A stretch of 64,000 bases of DNA. It comes from an uncultured beta proteobacterium (lineage in GTDB: Bacteria; Pseudomonadota; Gammaproteobacteria; Burkholderiales; Burkholderiaceae_C). Made by a program: the position numbers and the translations under genes. The stretch's first letter is position 1; every line of letters begins with the position of its first letter. Location of the stretch: contig CAWAFG010000047.1 in NCBI GenBank assembly GCA_963781205.1, forward strand, positions 12,936-76,935, in the 5' to 3' direction. This document shows positions 1-9,513 of this stretch, piece by piece. A model generated the notes under the pieces. The model saw only the letters and a program-made list of their open reading frames with translations, ran no database searches and was not told the origin of the DNA.

Positions 1-313
1 CATAAAAGAAACCATTTTCGATAACCGGACCAATCGTGACCTGAGCATCAGGAAAAAGAGACTTCACTGCGTAGGCCAATAAGTGCGCTGTCGAGTGGCG
101 AATGACCTCTAGGCCATCGGCGTCTTTTGCCGTAATGATTGACAGCGGACTGTCTACTGAAATTAGATGACTGGTGTCCACGACCACGCCATTTACCTTC
201 CCCGCCAACGCGGCCTTGGCCAAACCAGCGCCAATGGAAGCAGCCACCTCCGCCACAGTGACAGGTCCAGGATAGTCACGCTTGGAGCCATCAGGAAGAG
301 TAATTTGAATCAT
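1..313 (-). CDS. thrS: Threonyl-tRNA synthetase, 5' part (runs off the window edge)
   Basis: Reverse strand from ATG at 313 reads [28 protein letters not shown]...[18 protein letters not shown]..., the TGS domain plus the HSxAH editing-domain motif. Not in the ORF track because it is truncated. Confidence 0.95.
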   Translation of the reverse strand, partial: MIQITLPDGSKRDYPGPVTVAEVAASIGAGLAKAALAGKVNGVVVDTSHLISVDSPLSIITAKDADGLEVIRHSTAHLLAYAVKSLFPDAQVTIGPVIENGFFY

Positions 314-339
314 GTGGAGTACCCGGGGAAAATTGTGGC

Positions 340-369
340 AAAGAAAAAAGCGCGGAGATTCCGCGCTTT
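340..369 (-). terminator. Intrinsic terminator in the thrS leader (attenuator terminator)
   Basis: 10-bp stem AAAGCGCGGA/TCCGCGCTTT (347-369), followed on the - strand by a T-rich tail, about 30 nt upstream of the thrS ATG. Confidence 0.8.
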
Positions 370-417
370 ACTATTATTTTGGTAGCAACCTGCGCTTACG
401 GCGCACGGACTAACGGC

Positions 418-459
418 CTATAAGCGTTGACAGTAGGGTAACGTAGTTCGCGGTGTCAT
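418..459 (-). CDS. Putative thrS leader peptide MTPRTTLPYCQRL
   Basis: ATG at 459 with a GAGAAAGG SD-like sequence upstream. Three Thr codons (ACA, ACT, ACG) in the first six codons; TAG at 418-420, just before the attenuator hairpins. Confidence 0.65.
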   Translation of the reverse strand: MTPRTTLPYCQRL

Positions 460-509
460 AACCAAGTGCCTTTCTCGCTCTTTTTGAAAAAATAATACCC
501 AAGTTTAAC

Positions 510-550
510 AAAAAAGGGCCTGCCCACCCTGTGAAGGATGGAGCAAGCCC
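510..550 (-). terminator. Rho-independent terminator of aceA
   Basis: - strand GGGCTTGCTCCATCCTT-CAC-AGGGTGGGCAGGCCC then TTTTTT, just after the aceA stop. Confidence 0.75.
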
Positions 551-572
551 CGGAATCAAGCGCTCCTACGGC

Positions 573-1892
573 TTAGTGAAACTGCTCTTCTTCCGTGGAG
601 CCTGTCAAAGCGGTGACGCTGGACTTGCCACCTTGAATAACGGTAGTCACTTCATCGAAGTAACCTGTACCGACTTCTTGCTGATGTGAGACAAAAGTGT
701 AGCCACGGTCACGCGCTGCGAATTCAGGCTCTTGCACCTTCTCAACATAGGCCGACATTCCGCGCTTGACGTAGTCTTGTGCCAAGTCAAACATGTTGTA
801 CCACATGGAGTGAATACCAGCCAAAGTGATGAACTGGTACTTGTAACCCATCGCACCGAGTTCTCGCTGGAACTTGGCAATGGTCGCGTCGTCCAGGTTT
901 TTCTTCCAGTTGAACGAAGGTGAGCAGTTGTAGGCCAGCAGTTTTCCTGGATGCTTGGCATGCACTGCTTCTGCAAATTTGCGGGCAAATTCCAGATCAG
1001 GCGTACCCGTTTCACACCACACCAAGTCTGCGTACTCAGCATAGGCCACAGCACGAGAGATAGCTTGGTCCATGCCCTTCGTCGTCTTGTAGAAGCCTTC
1101 AACGGTGCGCTCACCAGTCAGGAATGGCTTGTCGTTTTCGTCGTAATCGCTTGTTAACAGATCAGCAGCTTCGGCATCAGTACGAGCAATAACCAGAGTA
1201 GGTACGCCGCAAACGTCAGCAGCCATACGGGCAGCAATCAGCTTTTGGCAGGCTTCAGCGGTTGGCACCAACACTTTTCCGCCCATATGGCCACATTTTT
1301 TGGCGGAGGCGAGTTGATCCTCCCAATGCACACCAGCTGCGCCAGCCTTGATCATGGCTTTCATCAGCTCAAACGCATTCAGCACGCCACCGAAACCTGC
1401 CTCAGCGTCAGCCACGATGGGCGCAAAGTTGTCGATGTAACCTTTGTCACCCGCATCGATACCTTTGGAGTGCTGGATCTCATCAGCGCGTTGGAACGTA
1501 TTGTTAATGCGCTCGACAACGGTTGGAACCGAGTCCACTGGGTACAAGGACTGATCTGGGTACATGGATGCATAGCTATTGTTGTCTGCAGCAACCTGCC
1601 AACCGGACAAATAGATCGCTTTCACGCCAGCTTTAACTTGCTGCATGGCTTGCCCGCCGGTCAAGGCACCCAAGCAATTGACGTAGGGCTCCGTATTCAC
1701 CAGGTTCCAGAGCTTTTCTGCACCGCGGCGAGCCAAGGTGTGTTCAATAGGGAACGATCCGCGCAGTCGCACCACATCCGCAGCCGAGTAGCCGCGTTTG
1801 ATCCCCTTCCAGCGTGGATTGGTGGCCCAGTCTTTTTCCAATGCGGCGACTTGTTGTTCGCGGCTCAATTGTTCAGTGATGGTTTGCGGCAT
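573..1892 (-). CDS. aceA: Isocitrate lyase
   Basis: Contains the KKCGHMGGK catalytic motif and [10 protein letters not shown], and ends ...TEEEQFH. Start MPQTITEQ at 1892 has a GGAG SD. Confidence 0.97.
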   Translation of the reverse strand: MPQTITEQLSREQQVAALEKDWATNPRWKGIKRGYSAADVVRLRGSFPIEHTLARRGAEKLWNLVNTEPYVNCLGALTGGQAMQQVKAGVKAIYLSGWQVAADNNSYASMYPDQSLYPVDSVPTVVERINNTFQRADEIQHSKGIDAGDKGYIDNFAPIVADAEAGFGGVLNAFELMKAMIKAGAAGVHWEDQLASAKKCGHMGGKVLVPTAEACQKLIAARMAADVCGVPTLVIARTDAEAADLLTSDYDENDKPFLTGERTVEGFYKTTKGMDQAISRAVAYAEYADLVWCETGTPDLEFARKFAEAVHAKHPGKLLAYNCSPSFNWKKNLDDATIAKFQRELGAMGYKYQFITLAGIHSMWYNMFDLAQDYVKRGMSAYVEKVQEPEFAARDRGYTFVSHQQEVGTGYFDEVTTVIQGGKSSVTALTGSTEEEQFH

Positions 1893-1964
1893 GAAAACAC
1901 TCCTTGAAGGTTTAAAAAATTGTTGACTGGCGAAAATTTCGCGCAGCATCTGGGTTCAATTCTA

Positions 1965-2010
1965 AGTCTTATATAAGACTGAAGTCAAATCTTATATCTT
2001 ATAGAAGACT
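1965..2010. promoter_or_regulatory. Palindromic operator(s) upstream of aceA, TCTTATATAAGA type (SdhR-like GntR site)
   Basis: Perfect 16-bp palindrome AGTCTTATATAAGACT at 1965-1980 and a degenerate copy TCTTATATCTTATAGAAGA at 1990-2008. Confidence 0.6.
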
Positions 2011-2257
2011 TTATTTTCATGCATAAGAATCAATGACTTAGGACAAGTTTTTCATCAATCGATACGAATTCCCATATTACGGAAAGTTTCACTCAAAAAA
2101 ATTCAGATGCTTTTCATAATGAAAAATGTTGATTTCACCATGTGGAGTCCATGGGCGAGAATCAGAGGTTCGATCTATATCGCGACTTGACTTCACCTAA
2201 AAGCGGTCGAAATGTCACAGGCGCCGACCCAGTGCAGCAAATTCCATCGAAACTCAC

Positions 2258-3727
2258 TCACACGGGGCTGTCAATTCGAATCCAGGTGGTTTTGGTTTCT
2301 GTGTATTTGTCAAAAGCGTGCAAAGACTTGTCACGCCCCACTCCGCTTTGCTTGAAGCCACCAAACGGAACAGTAATATCGTCTTCATCGTATTGGTTGA
2401 CATGCACCGTTCCCGCTCGAAGCGCTCTCGCCACCCCGTGCGCCCTATTGATATCACTTGTCCAGACTGCTGCCTGCAAGCCGTAGACAGTGTCATTGGC
2501 CTGTTGAACAGCCTCCGCCGCATCGGTAAATGACATCACGGAGAGTACTGGTCCAAAAATCTCCTCGCGCGCAATCGTCATACCGCCGGTTACCCCATCG
2601 AAAATCGTCGGCTGGACATAGCATCCGCCCGTCTCTCTCAGGGCTTGCTCCCCACCTGCGACCAAACGGGCACCTTCTTTCTTGCCAATATCGATATATC
2701 GCAACACGTTTTCGAGTTGAACCTTGTCCACGATCGCACCCATAACCGTATTTTTATCAAGCGGATTGCCAGGCTGGTATTGCGGTATCAAGGCCAGCGC
2801 TCGGCTCAAAAACTCATCCCGAATTGACGCCTCAACCAGCAGCCGAGACGGTGCGTTGCAACTTTCGCCTTGATTGAAAAATATGCTGCCCACAGCCGCT
2901 TCGACAGCGCGATCCAGATTGGGGCAATCAGCGAACACGATATTCGGCGATTTTCCCCCCAGTTCGGTCCACGCCCGCTTCAAGTTGCTTTGACCTGCCA
3001 TGACATGAATTTTCTTGCCGACGGGTGTTGACCCCGTGAAGGCAATGCAGTCCACATCCATATGAGACGCAAGAGGTGAACCAGCCTCCAAACCAAAACC
3101 CGGAACCACATTGAAAACACCAGCTGGAATACCTGCGGCCAACGCCAACTCGGCTAACCTCAACGCCGTCAAGGGAGACTTTTCACTGGGTTTCAAGACC
3201 ACTGAATTACCTGCAGCCAAAGCGGGGGCGATCTTCCATGCGGCCATGATCATCGGGTAGTTCCAGGGGACGATGACACCTACAACACCCACCGGTTCGC
3301 GAGTAATCAAGGCCAATGCGGTGCTGGCTGTAGGGGCGATTTCGTCATAAATCTTGTCAACGGCTTCGCCATACCACCGAATGCAATTGGAGGCACTGTT
3401 CACATCCACCGAACGAGAGAACTTGACAGGCTTACCCATGTCGAGTGTTTCCATCATCGCCAGCTCATCACCATGTGCCAACAACAAGTCGGCGAACTTG
3501 ATCATCACCCGCTTGCGATCGGCCGGGCTTTTCCCCCGCCAACGACGATCATCAAAGGCTGCGCGAGCAGACGCTACCGCACGATCAATATCTGCGACGC
3601 CACAGCGTGAAACATCAGTCAATACGCGTCCATCTACTGGAGAAATACATGCAAACGTTTGCTCGTCACGCGCTGCAACTCGCTCACCATTGATAAAAGC
3701 ACGTCCATCCAATGTCATTTCAGTCAT
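2258..3727 (-). CDS. puuC: Aldehyde dehydrogenase, gamma-glutamyl-gamma-aminobutyraldehyde dehydrogenase type
   Basis: ALDH motifs PWNYP, FTGST, ELGGKS, catalytic Cys in NQGESC, EEIFGP; last gene of the polyamine cluster. Confidence 0.85.
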   Translation of the reverse strand: MTEMTLDGRAFINGERVAARDEQTFACISPVDGRVLTDVSRCGVADIDRAVASARAAFDDRRWRGKSPADRKRVMIKFADLLLAHGDELAMMETLDMGKPVKFSRSVDVNSASNCIRWYGEAVDKIYDEIAPTASTALALITREPVGVVGVIVPWNYPMIMAAWKIAPALAAGNSVVLKPSEKSPLTALRLAELALAAGIPAGVFNVVPGFGLEAGSPLASHMDVDCIAFTGSTPVGKKIHVMAGQSNLKRAWTELGGKSPNIVFADCPNLDRAVEAAVGSIFFNQGESCNAPSRLLVEASIRDEFLSRALALIPQYQPGNPLDKNTVMGAIVDKVQLENVLRYIDIGKKEGARLVAGGEQALRETGGCYVQPTIFDGVTGGMTIAREEIFGPVLSVMSFTDAAEAVQQANDTVYGLQAAVWTSDINRAHGVARALRAGTVHVNQYDEDDITVPFGGFKQSGVGRDKSLHAFDKYTETKTTWIRIDSPV

Positions 3728-3811
3728 ATTCGTCTTTCGTATTGATCGGTACAAGTCGCCATAGTCCAGGCCAGGTAATTAGCCCTCAGGCTGAGGTCAT
3801 CGACTACACAA

Positions 3812-4669
3812 TTAGGATTTCAAAGCAGTCAACTCGGCCCGGGTCGCTGCCGAAATTTCACGTTCACGCCGGCGAGTTTGTCGAGCGACCCAGACGCTGT
3901 AGAAAACGATCACGACGGTGACTGTGGCGATCAACAACGTCGCCGCCGCGTAAATGGTCGGGTTGATGCCCCGTCGAGCGTAGCCAAAGATGACTTGCGG
4001 CAATGTATTGACGCCTGGTCCAGACAAAAACTCGGCAATGACCACGTCATCAAACGACAGGGTAAAAGCCAGCAAAAAGGCGGCAAGAATCGCCTGGAAA
4101 ATATTCGGCACCGTCACCAAAAAAAACACTTGTAGTGGCCGGGCTCCCAAATCCATCGCGGCTTCCTCAATCGAACGGTCCATTTCTAACAATCGAGACT
4201 GAATGACGACCATCCCGTAAGCCATGCCTAACAGCGTGTGGCCGAAAATGATGGTCAACATACCCCGCTGTGGCCAGCCAAAGACATTTTGCGCGCCAAC
4301 CATCAACAGCAACAAGGACAAACCAATCACCACCTCGGGCATCACCAGCGGGGCGTTAACCATACCGGAAAAGACTGTTCGACCTAGAAAGCGCCGGTAG
4401 CGAACCAAAACGAATGCTGCAAAGGTTGCCAAAACAGCAGATAACAAGCCAGTCACTGTCGCAACTTGAAGCGACAACCAAAATCCGTCAACGATACGGT
4501 TGTCCCGCGTCAATGCCTCGTACCACCGAAACGAGAATCCGGTAAATCGGGCGTCTTGTCTCGTGCTGTTGAAGGAAAATACCACCATAAAGAGAAGCGG
4601 CAGGTACAAAAAAATGTACACCAATGCCATCCAGGCTTTCCCTACGTGTTTGGAAAAATAAGATTTCAT
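3812..4669 (-). CDS. potI: Polyamine ABC transporter permease
   Basis: Hydrophobic, with EAA loop EEAAMDLGA and SFDDVVI; PotC/PotI family; operon context. Confidence 0.88.
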   Translation of the reverse strand: MKSYFSKHVGKAWMALVYIFLYLPLLFMVVFSFNSTRQDARFTGFSFRWYEALTRDNRIVDGFWLSLQVATVTGLLSAVLATFAAFVLVRYRRFLGRTVFSGMVNAPLVMPEVVIGLSLLLLMVGAQNVFGWPQRGMLTIIFGHTLLGMAYGMVVIQSRLLEMDRSIEEAAMDLGARPLQVFFLVTVPNIFQAILAAFLLAFTLSFDDVVIAEFLSGPGVNTLPQVIFGYARRGINPTIYAAATLLIATVTVVIVFYSVWVARQTRRREREISAATRAELTALKS

Positions 4670-4679
4670 AGCGGGCGTG

Positions 4680-5597
4680 TCACTTGTCTTGATCGGCGGG
4701 GTCGCCCGAGTAGTGGTAGTAGATGGCGAGCGGCACAACGATCAACGCGATCATGACCACTGCCAGTGCTGTCGCCCGAGGCCAGTTGTTACTGGTGAAC
4801 ATCTCATCCCAAACCACTCGACCAATCATGATGTTTTCGGGCCCTCCCAAAAGAGAGGGAATCACAAACTCACCCACTGAAGGGATAAAAACCAACATGA
4901 ATCCAGCGACGATGCCGGCTTTTGACAAAGGCACTGTGACCAACCAAAAGGCCTTGATGGGGGATGCCCCCAAGTCATAGGCGGCTTCGATGAGCCGGAA
5001 ATCCATTTTGACCAAGTTGGCATACAAAGGCAGCACCATGAATGGCAAATAGACATAAGTCATACCAACCAGCATCGAAACATCTGTGTAAAGCATCAAT
5101 ATCGGGGAATCAGTAATGCCCAGATACATCAACATACGGTTCAACACGCCATGGTCAGCCAAGATCCCCTTCCACGCGTAGACCCGCAGCAAAAACGATG
5201 TCCAGAACGGCAGCATCACCATCATTAACAATGCGGGTCGCACACTCGGCGCAGAGCGCGCAATGAAGTACGCAAACGGGTAGCCTATCAACAGACACAG
5301 CACGGCCGTGCATAGGGCATACCAAAGCGACCTCACATAGGCCTCAATGAATATGGTTTCAAAAAGTACTCCGCCGTCACCAGAGCGAAAGATCGACCAG
5401 TAGTTTTCATAACGCAGATGAAGTACGCCAGTCTGCGCATCCCAGAGCGGTTTGAATGGAGAAATGTCATTGCCCATGTCCACAAAGCTGATGTAGAGCA
5501 GGATCAGGAAGGGCAGGAAGAAGAAAACACTCAGCCATGCATAAGGCACGCCAATGACAAATCGGCGACCCGGCATTGGCAAGGAAAATTTGGGCAT
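4680..5597 (-). CDS. potH: Polyamine ABC transporter permease
   Basis: PFWTSFLLRVYAW and EAAYDLGA motifs; PotB/PotH family. Confidence 0.88.
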   Translation of the reverse strand: MPKFSLPMPGRRFVIGVPYAWLSVFFFLPFLILLYISFVDMGNDISPFKPLWDAQTGVLHLRYENYWSIFRSGDGGVLFETIFIEAYVRSLWYALCTAVLCLLIGYPFAYFIARSAPSVRPALLMMVMLPFWTSFLLRVYAWKGILADHGVLNRMLMYLGITDSPILMLYTDVSMLVGMTYVYLPFMVLPLYANLVKMDFRLIEAAYDLGASPIKAFWLVTVPLSKAGIVAGFMLVFIPSVGEFVIPSLLGGPENIMIGRVVWDEMFTSNNWPRATALAVVMIALIVVPLAIYYHYSGDPADQDK

Positions 5598-5607
5598 GGG
5601 ACTCACC

Positions 5608-6708
5608 TTAATCACGCAGCACGATGCCTGCAACGTCACTCCACCAAAAGTAAACGTTGTCCTCCCAGGTGATTTGGCTCACATCTTCGCGCGATGTATT
5701 GGCCTCTGTAATGCTGACACGCGTGCCATCCTTGGCGATGACGATGTAGGTGTTGTATGAGCCCAGATAAGCGATCTCAGCCACTTTGCCGGTGAACAGA
5801 TTCACTGAGACATTCGGGCGATGTTTGCTGATTTCCATTTTTTCAGGACGAACTGCGATTGCCACGGGCATGTGAAGTGTGCCACTGACGCCGTGGCCTA
5901 CTTGAATCTCCCCAATGCCCGTCTCAACGGCACAGCGATTGACTTCGTCCAAACTAAGACGCCCCTCAAATAGATTTACATTGCCAATGAACCCGGCTAC
6001 AAACCGATTGGCAGGATGCTCATAAACCTCCTCCGGCGTTCCGACCTGCAACACCCGGCCCTTGCTCATGATCGCAATGCGATTGGCCATCGTCATGGCT
6101 TCTTGCTGATCATGTGTCACCATGACACAGGTCACGCCAACCTTCTCGATGATGTTGACCAACTCAAACTGAGTTTGTTCACGCAGTTTCTTGTCCAACG
6201 CCCCAAGCGGTTCATCCAGCAGCAATAGTTTGGGTCGCTTGGCCAGGCTTCGGGCAAGCGCGACCCGCTGCTGCTGCCCACCGGAGAGTTGGTGCGGTTT
6301 GCGCTTTGCGAAGGTGGTCAGTTGAACCAACTCCAGCATTTCTTCGACGCGTTGCTTGATTTCAGCCCTTGGCAAGCCCTCTCGCTTCAAGCCGAACGCA
6401 ATGTTTTCCCAAATATCCAAGTGGGGGAACAAAGCATAGGACTGGAACATCATGTTGATGGGGCGCTCGTAAGGAGGCAAGTTCGCCACGTCTTGCCCAC
6501 CCAAAAGAATCCGGCCCGAAGTCGGTTTCTCGAAGCCGGCAAGCATCCTGAGCAACGTGGACTTGCCACAACCCGAACTCCCCAAGAGTGCGAATATTTC
6601 ACCCTTCGCAATCGACAAGGAGACCTCATCCACAGCGACCGCCTCATCAAAGCGCTTCACTAATTTTTCCGTTACCAAATAACCAGATTTACCGCCAGAC
6701 TCGGTCAT
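5608..6708 (-). CDS. potG: Polyamine ABC transporter ATP-binding protein
   Basis: Walker A GSSGCGKS, signature LSGGQ, Walker B LLLLDEP, C-terminal TOBE-like domain. Confidence 0.9.
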   Translation of the reverse strand: MTESGGKSGYLVTEKLVKRFDEAVAVDEVSLSIAKGEIFALLGSSGCGKSTLLRMLAGFEKPTSGRILLGGQDVANLPPYERPINMMFQSYALFPHLDIWENIAFGLKREGLPRAEIKQRVEEMLELVQLTTFAKRKPHQLSGGQQQRVALARSLAKRPKLLLLDEPLGALDKKLREQTQFELVNIIEKVGVTCVMVTHDQQEAMTMANRIAIMSKGRVLQVGTPEEVYEHPANRFVAGFIGNVNLFEGRLSLDEVNRCAVETGIGEIQVGHGVSGTLHMPVAIAVRPEKMEISKHRPNVSVNLFTGKVAEIAYLGSYNTYIVIAKDGTRVSITEANTSREDVSQITWEDNVYFWWSDVAGIVLRD

Positions 6709-6737
6709 TCATCAACCCTTTTTTTGCTCATTCAACG

Positions 6738-6775
6738 AAAAAGGCTGTTTATACGTCTTGTACAAACAGCCTTTT
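6738..6775 (-). terminator. Intercistronic hairpin/terminator between potF and potG
   Basis: Long stem AAAAGGCTGTTT...AAACAGCCTTTT with a T-run on the - strand. Confidence 0.6.
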
Positions 6776-6794
6776 GAGGTCACTCAGTCAAAGC

Positions 6795-7961
6795 CTACTT
6801 GCCTTTTTTGAAGCTGTTGTAGGCGTTGGCCATCGCACCGCGCGCTTCATTGGTGAAACTGCTCGGCGGGATCATTTTGGCGAAATACTCAGAATCAACA
6901 AAAATGGTTTTGTTGTTGGCAATTTCCGGCTTGATCTTGTCAAGCGCGGCCTTGTTACCCGTGGGGTAGGTCATGTCGTTGGCCATAGATGCCGCGTTTT
7001 CAGGACGGAGGTAGAAATCAATGAACATGTGCGCATTATTGGGGTGCACAGCATCTTTGGTGATTCCCATCGTGTCAAAGAAAATAAGAGCGCCCGTGCT
7101 TGGCAACATCGCTTCAATCACGTCCTTGGAGCCATTCTCTTTGGCACGGGTGGCTGCAATATTGATGTCTCCAGACCAGCCAATGGCAACACACGCCCGC
7201 GCACCAGCCAGGTCGTCAATCATGGTGGAGCTAAACAGGCGCACATCCTTGCGAACTTTGGCCAACATATCACCTGCCGCCTTGTAATCGGCTGGATCAT
7301 TGGAGTAAGCGTCCTTGCCGATGTAATGCAAGGCCACTGGGATGATCTCAGTGGGCGTATCCAGATAGGCAATGCCGCAAGACTTCAGCTTGGACGTGTA
7401 TTTGGGGTCAAACACCAAATCCCAAGCGTTCTCGGGCATCGGCATCTTGCCTAACGCTTTCTCAACCTTGGTTCTGTTGATGCCTACTGTTGTGAACCCC
7501 CAAGCCCAAGGCACAAGATGCTTGTTCTCGGGATCCGCTTTTTGCAAAGTCGCCATGATCGCGGGGTCAAGATTAGCCAAATTAGGAATCTTGGACTTGT
7601 CCAAAGTCTGCAACATGCCCCCTTCAATTTGAGGCTTGGCAAATACAGTGCCCGGCACCACGATGTCATAACCCGTGTTGCCAGCTACAAGCTTGGCATG
7701 CAAGGCCTCATTGGTCTCAAAGGTGTCGTAATTGACTTTAATGCCCGTCTCGGCCTCAAACGCGGCAATCATTCCTTCTGGAATGTAGTCCGGCCAGTTG
7801 TAAATATTGAGAACTTTTTCTTCAGCATTCACTGGAGCCGCCGCTGGCGCTGCCACCACCGCAACGGGGGCCGCCGCTGGCATGGGAGGTTCTTCTTTTT
7901 TCCCACACCCAGCAAGCACCAACGCTGACAGTGCAAACGGCACCAAGTACTTTTTCATCAT
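6795..7961 (-). CDS. potF: Putrescine-binding periplasmic lipoprotein
   Basis: Lipobox LAGC, LNIYNWPDYI, GYDIVVP, WSGD; PotD/PotF family. Confidence 0.9.
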   Translation of the reverse strand: MMKKYLVPFALSALVLAGCGKKEEPPMPAAAPVAVVAAPAAAPVNAEEKVLNIYNWPDYIPEGMIAAFEAETGIKVNYDTFETNEALHAKLVAGNTGYDIVVPGTVFAKPQIEGGMLQTLDKSKIPNLANLDPAIMATLQKADPENKHLVPWAWGFTTVGINRTKVEKALGKMPMPENAWDLVFDPKYTSKLKSCGIAYLDTPTEIIPVALHYIGKDAYSNDPADYKAAGDMLAKVRKDVRLFSSTMIDDLAGARACVAIGWSGDINIAATRAKENGSKDVIEAMLPSTGALIFFDTMGITKDAVHPNNAHMFIDFYLRPENAASMANDMTYPTGNKAALDKIKPEIANNKTIFVDSEYFAKMIPPSSFTNEARGAMANAYNSFKKGK

Positions 7962-8054
7962 CTCAATCACTCCCATGAACAGGTTAAGTTAAAGGTCTTA
8001 CCAAGTTTAAAGCAGGCAAACGACTTGTCTGCATTGATCTGGCAGTCAAAAGCG

Positions 8055-9473
8055 TTATCGGAGGCCTTTGGACTTGAGTTCATCCAACGTCAGGTCCAGG
8101 GCGATTCGAATCAAACCCATCATTTCGTCAATTTCATCCATCGAAATCGTCAAAGGCGGGGCAATGATCATGCGATCACCTACAGCGCGCATGATCAATC
8201 CGTTTTCAAAGCAGTGTTTGCGGCAAATCATCCCAACATCAACATCACTGGCAAATCGCTCCTTGGTTCTTGGATCCTTCAACAGCACCAATCCGGCCAT
8301 CAAACCGCAAGCCTGGGCTTCGCCCACCAATGGATGATTGTTCAATTCGGCGTAACAGCGCGCAAAATAGGACCCGACTTCGCCCCGAACGCGCTGCGGC
8401 AACTGCTCACGCTCCATGATGGCTATATTGGCCAGCGCAACCGCGCAAGCCACGGGGTGGCCGCTGTAGGTATAGCCGTGTACAAATTCCCCGCCTTTGT
8501 CAATCAGGACATCGGCCACTCGGTTACCAACCATCACCCCGCCGAGCGGGATGTAACCACTCGTCACACCCTTGGCGAAGGTGATCAAGTCTGGTTTGTA
8601 GCCAAACCTTTCGTAGGCAAACCAATGGCCCAGACGACCGAACGCACAGATCACTTCATCGCTAATCAGGAGAATGCCGTACTTGTCAACAATCCGCTGA
8701 ATTTCTGGCCAATAGGTGTCCGGCGGCACGATGACGCCACCCGCTCCTTGCACGGGTTCGGCAATAAAGGCCGCGACACGATCTGGCCCCAGCGCCAATA
8801 TTTTTTGTTCCAGCCACCCGGCTGCACGCACACCGAACGCATCAACGGTTTCACCGGGCAAACCGTTTTCAAAGAAATAGGGTTGCTCGATGTGCTCGAT
8901 ATTCGGGATGGGCAAGTCACCCTGCGCGTGCATGCCACTCATGCCCCCTAACGACGCGCCAGCGACCGTGCTTCCATGGTATGCATTCACGCGGCCAATA
9001 ATCACCTTGCGTTGGGGTTGACCCAAAAGATCCCAATACCGACGCACCATGCGGACGTTGGAGTCATTGCTCTCGCTGCCACTGCTGGAATAAAAAACGT
9101 GGCTAAAACTCCGGTCGCCGACCTTGGGCGCGAGCGAGGCCAATTTGGCCGCGAGTTTTACAGCAGGCTCGTTGGTGGTTTGAAAGAAGCTGTTGTAGAA
9201 CGGCAGCTTCATCATTTGCTGATAGGCGGCCTCTGCAAGCTCTTTACGGCCATAACCCACATTGACACACCACAGCCCGCTCATCGCATCGAGCAACTTC
9301 TTGCCCCCGGTATCCCAAACATAGATGCCCTCGCCCCGGTCAATGACACGGGCACCCCGGGTCGCCAAGTCCTTGAAATCCGTGAACGGATGCAGGAAAT
9401 GAGCGCTGTCCAGCGCCTGAATTTCCGGAGTTGTCAAGGGCAATGAGGAATCGGAAGCATGCATATCGTTCAT
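8055..9473 (-). CDS. spuC: Class III aminotransferase, putrescine-pyruvate type
   Basis: LDAMSGLWCVNVGYGR, DEVICAFGRLG, PLP lysine in FAKGVTSGY, HGYTYSGHP. Start position approximate. Confidence 0.85.
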   Translation of the reverse strand: MNDMHASDSSLPLTTPEIQALDSAHFLHPFTDFKDLATRGARVIDRGEGIYVWDTGGKKLLDAMSGLWCVNVGYGRKELAEAAYQQMMKLPFYNSFFQTTNEPAVKLAAKLASLAPKVGDRSFSHVFYSSSGSESNDSNVRMVRRYWDLLGQPQRKVIIGRVNAYHGSTVAGASLGGMSGMHAQGDLPIPNIEHIEQPYFFENGLPGETVDAFGVRAAGWLEQKILALGPDRVAAFIAEPVQGAGGVIVPPDTYWPEIQRIVDKYGILLISDEVICAFGRLGHWFAYERFGYKPDLITFAKGVTSGYIPLGGVMVGNRVADVLIDKGGEFVHGYTYSGHPVACAVALANIAIMEREQLPQRVRGEVGSYFARCYAELNNHPLVGEAQACGLMAGLVLLKDPRTKERFASDVDVGMICRKHCFENGLIMRAVGDRMIIAPPLTISMDEIDEMMGLIRIALDLTLDELKSKGLR

Positions 9474-9513
9474 CGGCTCAAGGTTGGCCAAAAAGTCTTC
9501 TGTCACGGAACTG

